A stretch of DNA of 58,969 nt, filler included. It is 6 parts of 6 records of this genome, joined end to end, with 100 filler letters (N's around TTAATTAATTAA, not from the genome) between each part and the next. Parts side by side here need not be neighbours in the genome. Positions count along the whole stretch, not along the records: positions 41,882 to 58,969 come from SRR31156797_32487; 5 more parts are not named here. One strand, 5' to 3'. A program made the position numbers and the translations under genes. The notes below the pieces were generated by a model. The model worked only from the letters and a program-made list of their open reading frames with translations. It did no database searches and had not been told where the DNA came from. How positions within the stretch are numbered: position 1 is the first letter of the stretch; each line of letters begins with the position of its first letter. Of the stretch, positions 50,874 to 58,969 are shown one piece after another.

Positions 50874-51419
50874 CTATTCCAGGCCGAGACTCAGCAGTGG
50901 CCTCCCCTGGAGGTCCTTCACCGATAAGGTGTTGTTTTCACAGATCCCGTAGGACCTGACACTTTGGTTCTTGGGCATGGAGATCGATCCCGGGTTGAAG
51001 ACAAACACGCCGTCTTCGTTTTGCTCGCACACGGGATAATGGATATGGCCGTAGGCGTAAACATCCCCGGCACCAAGGCTTGCCTGGGCCACGGAGTACC
51101 CATGGCCGTGGGTCAGGAAGAAGCGCCGGCCCTGGTCCAGCACTACTGCGTAGTCCCCCATCATGGGATAGGTGAGCACCATCTGGTCCACCTCTCCGTC
51201 GCAGTTGCCCCGAACGGCAATGATTTTATCCCGGAAACCGTTCAAGAGTTCGCAGGCTGCCTTGGGATCGTACCCCTCGGGAATGGGGTTTCTGGGACCA
51301 TGGTAGAGGGCATCCCCAAGCACGAGCAGGTAATCCGCCCTCTCCGTTCTGAACATTTCCAGGGCCTGCTCGAGGCACTGGCGGTCACCGTGAATATCAG
51401 CTATAAACATCAACTTCAT
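50874..51419 (-). CDS. YfcE-family metallophosphoesterase (phosphodiesterase)
   Basis: ADIHG, LGDALYHGPRN, RGNCD, THGH, GHIH, NPGS. Confidence 0.92.
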   Translation of the reverse strand: MKLMFIADIHGDRQCLEQALEMFRTERADYLLVLGDALYHGPRNPIPEGYDPKAACELLNGFRDKIIAVRGNCDGEVDQMVLTYPMMGDYAVVLDQGRRFFLTHGHGYSVAQASLGAGDVYAYGHIHYPVCEQNEDGVFVFNPGSISMPKNQSVRSYGICENNTLSVKDLQGRPLLSLGLE

Positions 51420-51469
51420 AAAAACGTCTTCTTCTTTTCTTGAATTATTTGTTAACACTATCGGACCGT

Positions 51470-53149
51470 TTACGTCTCGCCACGGTCCAGAAGGTCCCGC
51501 ACCGTTTTCCCAAGCGCGTTCATCTTCAGGGGTTTTTCAACATACCGCCTGATGCCGAGGGAGCGGGTCCTGTCTTTGGAAATTTTGTCTGAGTATCCCG
51601 TGCAGAGGATGATGGGAAGCCCTGGCCGGATCTTGAGCAGCTCGGCTGCCAGCAGGTCTCCGGTCATCTCCGGCATGGTCATGTCCGTGATGACGAGATC
51701 AAATCCATGGGGGGCGGACTTGAAGCGCTCAAGGGCCTGAACGCCGTTATCGGCTGTGGCGACATGATAGCCCTGTTCCCTGAAAAAGGTTTGGGCGATC
51801 CTGGCAAGGCTTGGCTCGTCATCCACGATCAGGAGCCGTTCCGTTCCCCTGGGCACGCTCTCCTCCGCCAGGTTCTTTTCAGGGGCGGCCACGGTTTTAT
51901 CGGTCACCGGAAGAAACACGTGGAAACTTGTGCCCTGGCCGGGTTGGCTCTTCACAAGGATGTGGCCCTGGTGATCCTCAACAATACTGTGAACCAGGGC
52001 CAGGCCCAGTCCTGTCCCCCGGCCCGTCTTTTTAGTGGTGAAATAGGGCTCGAAGATCCTGTCCAGGGTTTGGGGATCCATGCCGTGGCCGGTATCCGAG
52101 ACCGTGAGTTCAAGATAGGTGCCGGGCGACAGGGGCGCAAAGGCCGGTTGGTCCCTTGTAATGGATTTTTCCGTAAGTTTCACGGTGAGGGTGCCGCCGG
52201 TGTCGCCCATGGCATGGTGGGCGTTGGTGCACAGGTTGATCACCACCTGGTGGATGTTTGTGGGATCCGCCAATGCAAGGGCCTCTGAGCGGATCTCCTC
52301 CCGTATTTCAATGGTGGCGGGAAGGCTTGATCGCAGGAGTTTCAACGCATCTTTCACCACCGTGAAAATCGGCAGGACCTGTTTGTGGTGGCTGGATTTC
52401 CGGCTGAAGGTCAGGATCTGCTGGATCAGGTCGGCGGCTTTTTTCGCGCCTTTCAGGATTTGGTCGATATCCTGTTGGGCCTTTTCAGGATTTGAAATGT
52501 GGGACTTGGCCAGCTGGGAATAGCCGAAAATGCCGGACAGGATGTTGTTGAAGTCGTGGGCGATCCCGCCGGCCAGGGTGCCCATGGCCTCCATCTTGCG
52601 GGAGTGGGCCAGCTGGGCCTTGATCTCCTCTTTCTCTTTTTCCATGGTCGCAAGCTCTGTGATGTCCCTGAGCAGGGCCAGGATGAAGGTTTTGCCCTCG
52701 ATCTCCACAAGGGAGGCGTTGATGTCGCACACCATGGCGCTTTTGTCTTTTTTTTCCATGGGGATGCCTCTGAGGGTGGACCTGTCAGTACCGTTTCCCA
52801 GGATGAGCCTTGCCATGACAGGGTCTGCTTCACCGGGACCGACCAGGGTGTCAAGGGTCAGCCGGTTCATCTCTTCCGGCAGGTAGCCGAACATCTGCCG
52901 GGCCGTGGCGTTGGTGAGAAAAATGGCGCCGGTGGGGGGCTCCACAAGGATGATGCCGTCGCTGGTGCTGTTGAAGATCAGGCTGAATTTCTTCTCGTTT
53001 TCCTCGGCCCGTTCCTTTGCGAGCTTCAGCTCCTTGATCTGTTTCTGGAGCTGGGGATAGTAGCTCTTTCGCAGGGAGCTTTTGCCAAGGCCGACGATGC
53101 GGTCCCTCAGCTCGTTCCGGTCGGTTGGGTCTTTAAACTGCTTTGGCAT
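51470..53149 (-). CDS. Cytoplasmic PAS hybrid histidine kinase with ErcS-type N-terminal motif
   Basis: RIVGLGKSSLRKSYYPQL, coiled coil, PAS, GGIAHDFNN, NLCTNA, DTGHG, GTGLGL and a receiver (VDDE, DMTMP). No TM segment. Confidence 0.92.
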   Translation of the reverse strand: MPKQFKDPTDRNELRDRIVGLGKSSLRKSYYPQLQKQIKELKLAKERAEENEKKFSLIFNSTSDGIILVEPPTGAIFLTNATARQMFGYLPEEMNRLTLDTLVGPGEADPVMARLILGNGTDRSTLRGIPMEKKDKSAMVCDINASLVEIEGKTFILALLRDITELATMEKEKEEIKAQLAHSRKMEAMGTLAGGIAHDFNNILSGIFGYSQLAKSHISNPEKAQQDIDQILKGAKKAADLIQQILTFSRKSSHHKQVLPIFTVVKDALKLLRSSLPATIEIREEIRSEALALADPTNIHQVVINLCTNAHHAMGDTGGTLTVKLTEKSITRDQPAFAPLSPGTYLELTVSDTGHGMDPQTLDRIFEPYFTTKKTGRGTGLGLALVHSIVEDHQGHILVKSQPGQGTSFHVFLPVTDKTVAAPEKNLAEESVPRGTERLLIVDDEPSLARIAQTFFREQGYHVATADNGVQALERFKSAPHGFDLVITDMTMPEMTGDLLAAELLKIRPGLPIILCTGYSDKISKDRTRSLGIRRYVEKPLKMNALGKTVRDLLDRGET

Positions 53150-54281
53150 AGATCTCCTCGACCTCTTTCTGTGTCGGCATCACCGGATTGGTGACAATAC
53201 AGGGGTCGGTCATGGCAAAGCCCGCAAGGGCAGGAAGCTCCTTTTTTGAAATGCCCAGGTGGGACAGCCGGGTCGTGATGCCCAGCCCCTTCCTGAATTC
53301 GGCCAGGGTTTCTAAAAGCCCCTGCCGGGTCTCCTCCGGGTTCCGGAAGGGTTCAAGGCCCATGGCCAGGGCAAGGTCGCTGTATTTTTCCCTGGTGTGA
53401 TGGAAATTGAAGTCCACCACCGGCTCCAGCAGGATGGCGTTGCTTTCGCCGTGGGAGAGGTCGAACCGTCCCCCAAGGCTGTGGGCCATGGCATGGACAA
53501 GGCCGAGGCTCGCGTTTGAAAAGGCAAGTCCCGCAAAGAGGCTTGCCAGCATCATGGCGTAGCGGTGATCCATGTTACGGGGGTGGTTCAGGGCCTGTGG
53601 CAGGTGCTCCCGGATCAGGGAGACCGCCTTGATGGCATTGATGTCCGTGATGGGAGAACTTGCGTTGGAAACATAGGCTTCAATTGCGTGAACCAGGGCG
53701 TCCATGCCGGTTTCGGCTGTCAGTTTTTTGGACAGGGTCGTTGTGGTCGCGGGATCTATTAGGGAGAGGTCCGGGACCAGGGATTTGCTGATGATGGCGA
53801 TCTTGACCCTTCGGCCGGCGTCGCCGATGATGGAAAACTGGGAGATGTCTGCTGACGATCCCGCTGTGGTGGGCACGCATATCAGGGGTGGCCCCGGCAC
53901 CGGCACCCGGTCAATTCCTTCAAATTCCAGGATATGCTGTTCGTTGGAGCTGACGATACCGATCCCCTTTGCGCAGTCGATGGGACTGCCGCCGCCCACG
54001 GCAACGATGAGATCGCATCCGGTTTTCAGGAAGGTTTCCGCTCCCTCCATCACCTCGTGGTCCCTGGGGTTGGGAGACACATTGCTATAGATCTCCGTGG
54101 CAAGCCCCTCCTTTTCCAGGGACGCCGCAACCTTTTGGGCCCAGCCGGAACCCAGGACCCCTTCGTCCGTCACCACCAGCACTTTGTCGGCAGCAAACTG
54201 CCTTGCATAGGAGCCGGTGGAATCAAGGGCGCCCGGGCCGAAGATAAATTCCGGGGCGACAAATTTTCTCAGTTCATCCAT
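53133..54281 (-). CDS. Iron-containing alcohol dehydrogenase, ErcA-like
   Basis: LRKFVAPEFIFG N-terminus, GGGSPID, PTTAG, and metal ligands GMDALVHAIE, GLVHAMAH, HGESNA. Confidence 0.9.
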   Translation of the reverse strand: MDELRKFVAPEFIFGPGALDSTGSYARQFAADKVLVVTDEGVLGSGWAQKVAASLEKEGLATEIYSNVSPNPRDHEVMEGAETFLKTGCDLIVAVGGGSPIDCAKGIGIVSSNEQHILEFEGIDRVPVPGPPLICVPTTAGSSADISQFSIIGDAGRRVKIAIISKSLVPDLSLIDPATTTTLSKKLTAETGMDALVHAIEAYVSNASSPITDINAIKAVSLIREHLPQALNHPRNMDHRYAMMLASLFAGLAFSNASLGLVHAMAHSLGGRFDLSHGESNAILLEPVVDFNFHHTREKYSDLALAMGLEPFRNPEETRQGLLETLAEFRKGLGITTRLSHLGISKKELPALAGFAMTDPCIVTNPVMPTQKEVEEIYAKAV

Positions 54282-54328
54282 GGTGTGTTCCTGTCTTTAC
54301 GCTTTTTCGCGTTTCCATCATTGCTGCA

Positions 54329-54357
54329 AGCATATAACCGGCTGTGGAATCTGTCAA
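54329..54357 (-). promoter_or_regulatory. Sigma70-type promoter of the ADH-kinase operon
   Basis: Minus strand TTGACA-17 nt-TATGCT. Confidence 0.7.
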
Positions 54358-54525
54358 AAAGAATATGCGCCATGGGGCGTTCCGGATTGGAGGGGACCTA
54401 CCGTGGCCTGTGGTTGTATGGGGGGGACGAATCTGGGGGAACGGGCGCCATGCCGGATTCCATCAGGGAGGTGCATCGAGCGGTATTTCCCTGGCACCGG
54501 GCAGGTGCCGGGGAAATATCGGGTG

Positions 54526-54954
54526 TTAATTGGTTTGCAATGCCGGAATCGGAAAGACTTTGTCGTAACAGCCGTTGAAAACGACCGTATACACCGGCAC
54601 CATCAGTATAAAGGCGAGATCCAGTGCAAGGGCCTGGAGCAGGGTGTAGTTCATCCAGTACATCACCCCTGGAACGGTCACAAAAAGCAGTCCCAGTTCG
54701 AAAAGGCCGGCATGGATGATCCGTAATCCTAATGACCGGGGATAGAGGGGCTTGCCCAGCCGTTTCAATCCATGGTCGAAGAGCAGGTTGTAAACATAGT
54801 TCCAGCCCATGGCGGCAAGACTGAGCATCACGCTTAAAGCGCCTATGTGGCCGGCGGGTTGGTGAAGGACCCAGGAAAGAAACGGGATACAGATGGCCAG
54901 AAGAATGCACTCAAAGAGAAGGGTGTGGCGTAATCTGTCCTTATGGGTTCGCAT
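54526..54954 (-). CDS. PACE-family (AceI-like) efflux transporter
   Basis: Duplicated halves RLRHTLLFE...WNYVYNLLFD and RIIHAGLFE...YTVVFNGCYD; AGGAG RBS. Confidence 0.92.
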   Translation of the reverse strand: MRTHKDRLRHTLLFECILLAICIPFLSWVLHQPAGHIGALSVMLSLAAMGWNYVYNLLFDHGLKRLGKPLYPRSLGLRIIHAGLFELGLLFVTVPGVMYWMNYTLLQALALDLAFILMVPVYTVVFNGCYDKVFPIPALQTN

Positions 54955-55082
54955 GGTAAAAGCTCCTTTGTCATGTTGTGTTTTCGTCTGAACCACCTTT
55001 TCGCCAGGGCGGGTTTTCCTTGCGGGGCGGCGGCATTTGTTTTCTCTTTTATTCTATTTTTCGGATGGAATAAAGTTTGGTA

Positions 55083-55101
55083 CTATCCGGAAAGCGGATA
55101 G
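55083..55101. promoter_or_regulatory. LysR-type recognition site (T-N11-A)
   Basis: Palindrome CTATCCG-gaaag-CGGATAG (ATC-N9-GAT) between the divergent PACE and LysR genes. Confidence 0.65.
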
Positions 55102-55156
55102 GTCGCCGGCCAATGGCCGGCGCTGGTTTGGAAACATGGGGAGAGGAGGTGAATCC

Positions 55157-56038
55157 ATGGGAATATCCCTGGAATATCTGGAAGCGTTTGTGACAGCCGC
55201 GGATGCCGGTTCTTTTTCGGCCGCCGCCCGTCGCATGGGCAAAGCCCAGAGCCGTGTCAGCACGGCCATTGGAAATCTGGAGATCGATCTTGGGCTGACG
55301 CTCTTTGACCGGAGGGGCAAATATCCCAAACTGACACCGGAAGGGGAGACATTGCTCCGGGAATCCCGGCAGATCATCGATCGGTTGAATGCCCTGACCG
55401 AGCATGCCGATATCATCGCGGGCGGGGTGGAACCCCGGTTGAGGGTCGCCTGCGATGAGCTGGTGCCAACGGCCCTGGTGGCGGATATCCTCGGGCAGTT
55501 CAAGCCCCGGTTTCCGGCAACGGAACTGGAGTTTCTGACCGGCGTCATGGGTGACATCAGCGATATGGTGGCCGGTGGCCGGGCCGACCTGGGGATCGAG
55601 GTGCCGGCCGGGGACCCGGACGACCGTTGTGATTGGCGGCTTCTGGGGTACCTGGCGTTTATCATCGTGGCGGCAGCCACCCATCCCCTGGCCCGGCTTG
55701 CCCGGGTCTCCCGGGAGGATCTCGAGCCCCATCTCCAGCTGGTGCCGGTGGGCAGGAGTGGGGTTCGTGAATCCGAGGCCTATCTTTTTGGAAACCGGGT
55801 CTGGCATTTTGAAAACAGCCAGATCGTGAGGGAACTGATATTGAGGGGAGAGGGGTGGGGGGCCCTTGCCGAATACCAGATCCGGGAGGACCTGGCGGCG
55901 GGCCGCCTGGTCAAACTGCCCGTGGCGTTCAGCAACAGCAGCTTCACCGCCGGTATCTATTTGGTGCATGAAAAGGGACGGCGCCCCGGTCCTGCCGCAG
56001 ACTGGCTGGCCCATGCCTTTGTCAAGGCCATGGCATGA
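55157..56038 (+). CDS. LysR-family transcriptional regulator
   Basis: LEAFVTAADAGSFSAAARRMGKAQSRVSTAIGNLEIDLGLTLFDR...LTPEG; GGAGG RBS. Confidence 0.95.
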   Translation: MGISLEYLEAFVTAADAGSFSAAARRMGKAQSRVSTAIGNLEIDLGLTLFDRRGKYPKLTPEGETLLRESRQIIDRLNALTEHADIIAGGVEPRLRVACDELVPTALVADILGQFKPRFPATELEFLTGVMGDISDMVAGGRADLGIEVPAGDPDDRCDWRLLGYLAFIIVAAATHPLARLARVSREDLEPHLQLVPVGRSGVRESEAYLFGNRVWHFENSQIVRELILRGEGWGALAEYQIREDLAAGRLVKLPVAFSNSSFTAGIYLVHEKGRRPGPAADWLAHAFVKAMA

Positions 56039-56048
56039 GATCGGGCCC

Positions 56049-56645
56049 CTATTTTGTCTTTTTGCGGCCGTAAAACTGCTGGGCCTTGTGCTTGTTGCCG
56101 CAGGTCGCCATGGAGCACCAGCGCCGGCGGTTGTTGGGGCTGTTGTCCAGAAAGAGCCAGCCGCAGCGCGTTCCCGGGCATTGCTTGACCCTTTTTTTCA
56201 AAGGCGAGATCAACAGTTCGGCTGCGGAATAGGCGACCGGCGCCTCCAGCCAGGAGAGATCATGGTCCCGGTAATCAAAGCAGAACCGGTTTTCGGCCGA
56301 TGTCATGGCAAGTTCACCGGTTTGACTGAGGCGTTGGTTGAACAGGGCAAGGGTTGTCTGTCCCGGCCCTTGTTCGGAAACAAAGAGTTGCCTTAAGTGG
56401 TGCCGGAATTGACCCAGCCGCTCCACCCTCGGGTCCGGCGTCTGGCGGGCCGGAATCCGGGTCTTGTCGAGATGGATCAGGCCGACCCGGCATCCCCAGG
56501 CCACTACCTGGGAATAATCGGTCAACCGGTCATCCACGGGCTCGTTGTCGATCCAGTTGGTCGTGTTGATAAAATCGAGGCACAGACGGCCTCCCACAAG
56601 GGCGATCTCCGTGATCGCCGGTATTTTGTTGTGTAATGCGCACAT
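56049..56645 (-). CDS. ABATE/CGNR zinc-finger protein (putative regulator)
   Basis: GGRLCLDFINT (ABATE) and RVKQCPGTRCGWLFLDNSPNNRRRWCSMATCGNKHK (CGNR finger). Likely start ATG 56645. Confidence 0.92.
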   Translation of the reverse strand: MCALHNKIPAITEIALVGGRLCLDFINTTNWIDNEPVDDRLTDYSQVVAWGCRVGLIHLDKTRIPARQTPDPRVERLGQFRHHLRQLFVSEQGPGQTTLALFNQRLSQTGELAMTSAENRFCFDYRDHDLSWLEAPVAYSAAELLISPLKKRVKQCPGTRCGWLFLDNSPNNRRRWCSMATCGNKHKAQQFYGRKKTK

Positions 56646-56648
56646 TTC

Positions 56649-56709
56649 TAACCACCATTCAGGTTGACAGGGTTTGCCTTTAATGTATATAACCACCATG
56701 GCGGTTATA
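56649..56709. promoter_or_regulatory. Two TAACC-N8-GGTT(A/G) operator-like palindromes overlapping a sigma70 promoter
   Basis: TAACCaccattcaGGTTG (56649-56666) and TATAACCaccatggcGGTTATA (56688-56709). TTGACA at 56664 and TATAAC at 56688. Confidence 0.65.
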
Positions 56710-56754
56710 CATCATAGGCCGTACAATTCAACCCTTAACTGATAGGAGGAATGG

Positions 56755-57459
56755 ATGAGCCGTTTTTTTGAACAGGAGGTGACCTGCACCCTGGCGGGTG
56801 CTGTCAGGGGCGCAAGGGCGATCTGGCCGGTGGCCGTTGTCGTTCTGCCCTTTGGCATCACCTTTGGCGTGTCTGCCGGGGAGGCGGGAATCGATCCCTC
56901 GACCTCGCTATTGATGAGTGCCCTGGTCTTTGCCGGCGCGGCCCAGTTTGCCGCCCTTGATCTCTGGTCCAGCCAGATTCCGCTGATCCCACTGGTGCTC
57001 ACCCTGTTTGCGGTGAACGCCCGGAACATTATCATGGGGGCATCGCTCCATCCCTGGATCGGCCGGCTGCCCGCCCACAGGATCGCCATGATCGTACCTG
57101 TTCTGAGCGATGCCAACTGGGCCGTCTCCATGGACGCCTATGGAAAGGGGGAGCGGGATGTGGGCATCCTGGCGGGCAGCGGTCTGCTGCTGTGGTTCAC
57201 CTGGGTGGCCGGCACCGGCGTGGGGGCCTGCTTCACCGGTTGTGTGATCGCGCCGGAACGGTTGGGCCTGGATCTCCTGATGCCGGTCTTTTTTGTCACC
57301 GTGCTCATGGGCATGGGGAAACAAAAGGGAATTTTGCTGCCGTGGGCCACGGCGGCCATGGTCTCCCTTGCCATCTCATTCATGGTCGAAGGCAGCTGGC
57401 ACATCATTGCCGGCGCCCTGGCCGGCGGAATCGCGGGGGTGCTCCATGATACCTTTTGA
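56755..57459 (+). CDS. azlC: AzlC-family exporter, large subunit
   Basis: FGITFG, MSALVFAGAAQF, VNAR, LSDANWA, WVAGT.VG, GLD. Confidence 0.9.
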   Translation: MSRFFEQEVTCTLAGAVRGARAIWPVAVVVLPFGITFGVSAGEAGIDPSTSLLMSALVFAGAAQFAALDLWSSQIPLIPLVLTLFAVNARNIIMGASLHPWIGRLPAHRIAMIVPVLSDANWAVSMDAYGKGERDVGILAGSGLLLWFTWVAGTGVGACFTGCVIAPERLGLDLLMPVFFVTVLMGMGKQKGILLPWATAAMVSLAISFMVEGSWHIIAGALAGGIAGVLHDTF

Positions 57460-57751
57460 TGTCGCGCCCATGGCCGCGGTGGCGGCCATGACCATCGTCA
57501 CCTATCTCACCCGGATTGCCGGGGTGTTCATCATGGCCCGGGCGGGCCGGAGCCGGCGGTTGGAGACGTTCTGCCACGCTTTGTCCGGATCGGTCATTGT
57601 GGCGCTGGTGGTTCCGGCCATCGCTTCCGGGGACTGGATCTTTCGATTGGCTGTTGCCATGGCGGGTGCCGTCATGGCCGCCACGGGCAATTCGCTGTTT
57701 GCCATGGTGACCGGCGCGGCCGCGGCATCGGTTTTTCGCCTCTGGTGCTGA
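57446..57751 (+). CDS. azlD: AzlD-family exporter, small subunit
   Basis: MTIVTYLTR motif and hydrophobic sequence; overlaps the azlC stop. Confidence 0.85.
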   Translation: MIPFDVAPMAAVAAMTIVTYLTRIAGVFIMARAGRSRRLETFCHALSGSVIVALVVPAIASGDWIFRLAVAMAGAVMAATGNSLFAMVTGAAAASVFRLWC

Positions 57752-57880
57752 GGCTGGAGTTCCCTGTTACCGTCCCATTCAGGGGGGGCGGGAAAATCGC
57801 GCCCCATGGGTTGACGAAAAATGTTGCTTGGCATACTGTGAACTATTCTGGCGTTATTCCTGAAGAAAAAGGGGGGCTGG

Positions 57881-58801
57881 GTGAGAGAGCGTTGTCTGAT
57901 TTCCATCTCCATTGCTGTTGCACTGGTGCTTGCCGTTTCGGTGACCCATACCCGTGCAAAGGAGCGGATCCAATGGATGATCACCCACTGGCCGCCGGTG
58001 ATGGAGCTGGACGAATCCAAACAGACGATCACCGGCGGCCAGTGGGGCGGTCAGCTCCGGATGTTGCAGAAAAAGCTGGCAAACTACGACCACACCTTGA
58101 CCCACATGAGCTGGAGCCGGTTCTGGCACGTGGTTGAAAACGGAGATCCCATCTGCAACTGCATGATCCTGAAGAACGCGGAGCGGGAACGAACCGTCCT
58201 CTTTTCCATCCCGGCCACCATCATCCTGCCGAACCAGATCATCATGAAACGGAGCAGGGTCGCGGCTTTGGGAAATCCTGAATCCCTCTCCCTCGAGGCG
58301 ATCTTGACGGCTGGAAAACTCAAGGGCATGCTCATCATGAAACGCTCCTACGGCGATGAAATCGACCGGATCCTCTCCCGTTACAAGACGCCCTTGAACT
58401 CGGAAATCAGCGTTGTGAACGAGAAGAGCAACATCATGAAGCTGCTCCACGGCCGGGGCGATTACATCATCGAGTACCCGTTTTCGGTCAACGAGATCAT
58501 GGCGAACCATTTTCCGGAACGCCGGAGCGAGCTGGTCAATATCCCCATCCAGGAGGTCGATCCCTTTTATTATGTTTATTTCGGCTGTCCCAAAACCCCC
58601 TGGGGAAGATCGGTGATCGAGGATATCAACCGGGCGCTTGAGGTTTTGCGGCCGGACGAAGCGTTTCGGTCCCAGCTTGAAGAGATGTATACCACAGAGC
58701 AGCTGAACACTGTTTGGAAACTGTATGACACCCATTTACTCTTCCCCGCCAAGGATACCGTTGGGGTCCCGAAAACTCCTTCCCCCGGGCAATTGCCTTA
58801 A
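57881..58801 (+). CDS. Extracellular solute-binding protein (TIGR02285/SBP family 3-like)
   Basis: Signal peptide, WMITHWPP, SWSRFW, KNAERE, RSYG..ID.IL, GRGDYIIEYP, FGCPKTPWG..VIEDIN. Confidence 0.82.
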   Translation: MRERCLISISIAVALVLAVSVTHTRAKERIQWMITHWPPVMELDESKQTITGGQWGGQLRMLQKKLANYDHTLTHMSWSRFWHVVENGDPICNCMILKNAERERTVLFSIPATIILPNQIIMKRSRVAALGNPESLSLEAILTAGKLKGMLIMKRSYGDEIDRILSRYKTPLNSEISVVNEKSNIMKLLHGRGDYIIEYPFSVNEIMANHFPERRSELVNIPIQEVDPFYYVYFGCPKTPWGRSVIEDINRALEVLRPDEAFRSQLEEMYTTEQLNTVWKLYDTHLLFPAKDTVGVPKTPSPGQLP

Positions 58802-58828
58802 ATCGTTCAAAAAAATTGCATTTATTTT

Positions 58829-58857
58829 TTGACACCCGGTCAGAAATCCGGTATAGC
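58829..58857 (+). promoter_or_regulatory. Sigma70-type promoter
   Basis: TTGACA-17 nt-TATAGC upstream of an AGGAGG RBS. Confidence 0.6.
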
Positions 58858-58897
58858 CTTTTGTTTTGTTTATCTTTTTTTTTAACAGGAGGTTAAA

Positions 58898-58969
58898 ATG
58901 CAACAACGAGAACAATGGGGAACTCGAGTCGGTTTTGTGCTGGCCGCCATCGGATCTGCCATCGGCCTT
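58898..58969 (+). CDS. Sodium-dependent transporter (NSS/SNF family), N-terminus only
   Basis: MQQREQWGTRVGFVLAAIGSAIGL is the NSS N-terminal signature; AGGAGG RBS. Confidence 0.88.
   Translation, partial: MQQREQWGTRVGFVLAAIGSAIGL

Noticed and set aside
54325..54340. GG-N10-GC sigma54 promoter upstream of the ErcA-like ADH
   Set aside because: The -24 box is poor (CGGTTA), and an overlapping TTGACA-17-TATGCT sigma70 promoter explains the region better.
41903..58735. Many alternative-frame and antisense ORFs in the GC-rich contig (e.g. 41903-43021, 44190-45047, 55049-56014, 57854-58735)
   Set aside because: They fully overlap well-supported genes and lack recognisable features, as expected in high-GC DNA.

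Overview
This window is not one genomic locus. It is six contigs joined by artificial 100-nt spacers (44 N + TTAATTAATTAA + 44 N) at 7981-8080, 15004-15103, 21590-21689, 30270-30369 and 41782-41881. The taxon labels below are inferred from composition and gene content and point to an anaerobic, sulfate-reducing community. (1) 1-7980, AT-rich and Bacteroidota-like: OmpR/PhoB response regulator (partial), aspartate ammonia-lyase followed by hydF, a secreted hypothetical protein, a porin-like protein and a BNR/VPS10-repeat protein (partial). (2) 8081-15003, a defence locus: type I RM hsdM (partial) and hsdS, translationally coupled to a Gabija-type OLD nuclease and UvrD helicase, then a MORC/GHKL ATPase (partial). 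(3) 15104-21589 and (4) 21690-30269, Desulfovibrionaceae-like housekeeping genes: mreB, a tandem-GAF protein, gcvT, a BON protein, a methyltransferase; and ispG-proS-xseA-M23-xseB-ispA-dxs. (5) 30370-41781, spirochaete-like: recA, TPR proteins, rpe, a long GreA, a diguanylate cyclase pseudogene with two lesions, and tex. (6) 41882-58969, Desulfobacteraceae-like: a GlrK/QseG/GlrR-like sigma54 system next to a complete candidate target promoter (UAS, IHF site, -24/-12), an ErcA-like ADH coupled to a hybrid kinase with an ErcS-type N-terminal motif, a LysR-PACE pair, and a CGNR regulator-azlCD pair with two operator-like palindromes. No rRNA, tRNA, CRISPR array or transposase was seen. The best leads are the RM-embedded Gabija + MORC cluster, the sigma54 module with its target gene, the ErcA/ErcS-like module and the CGNR operators.
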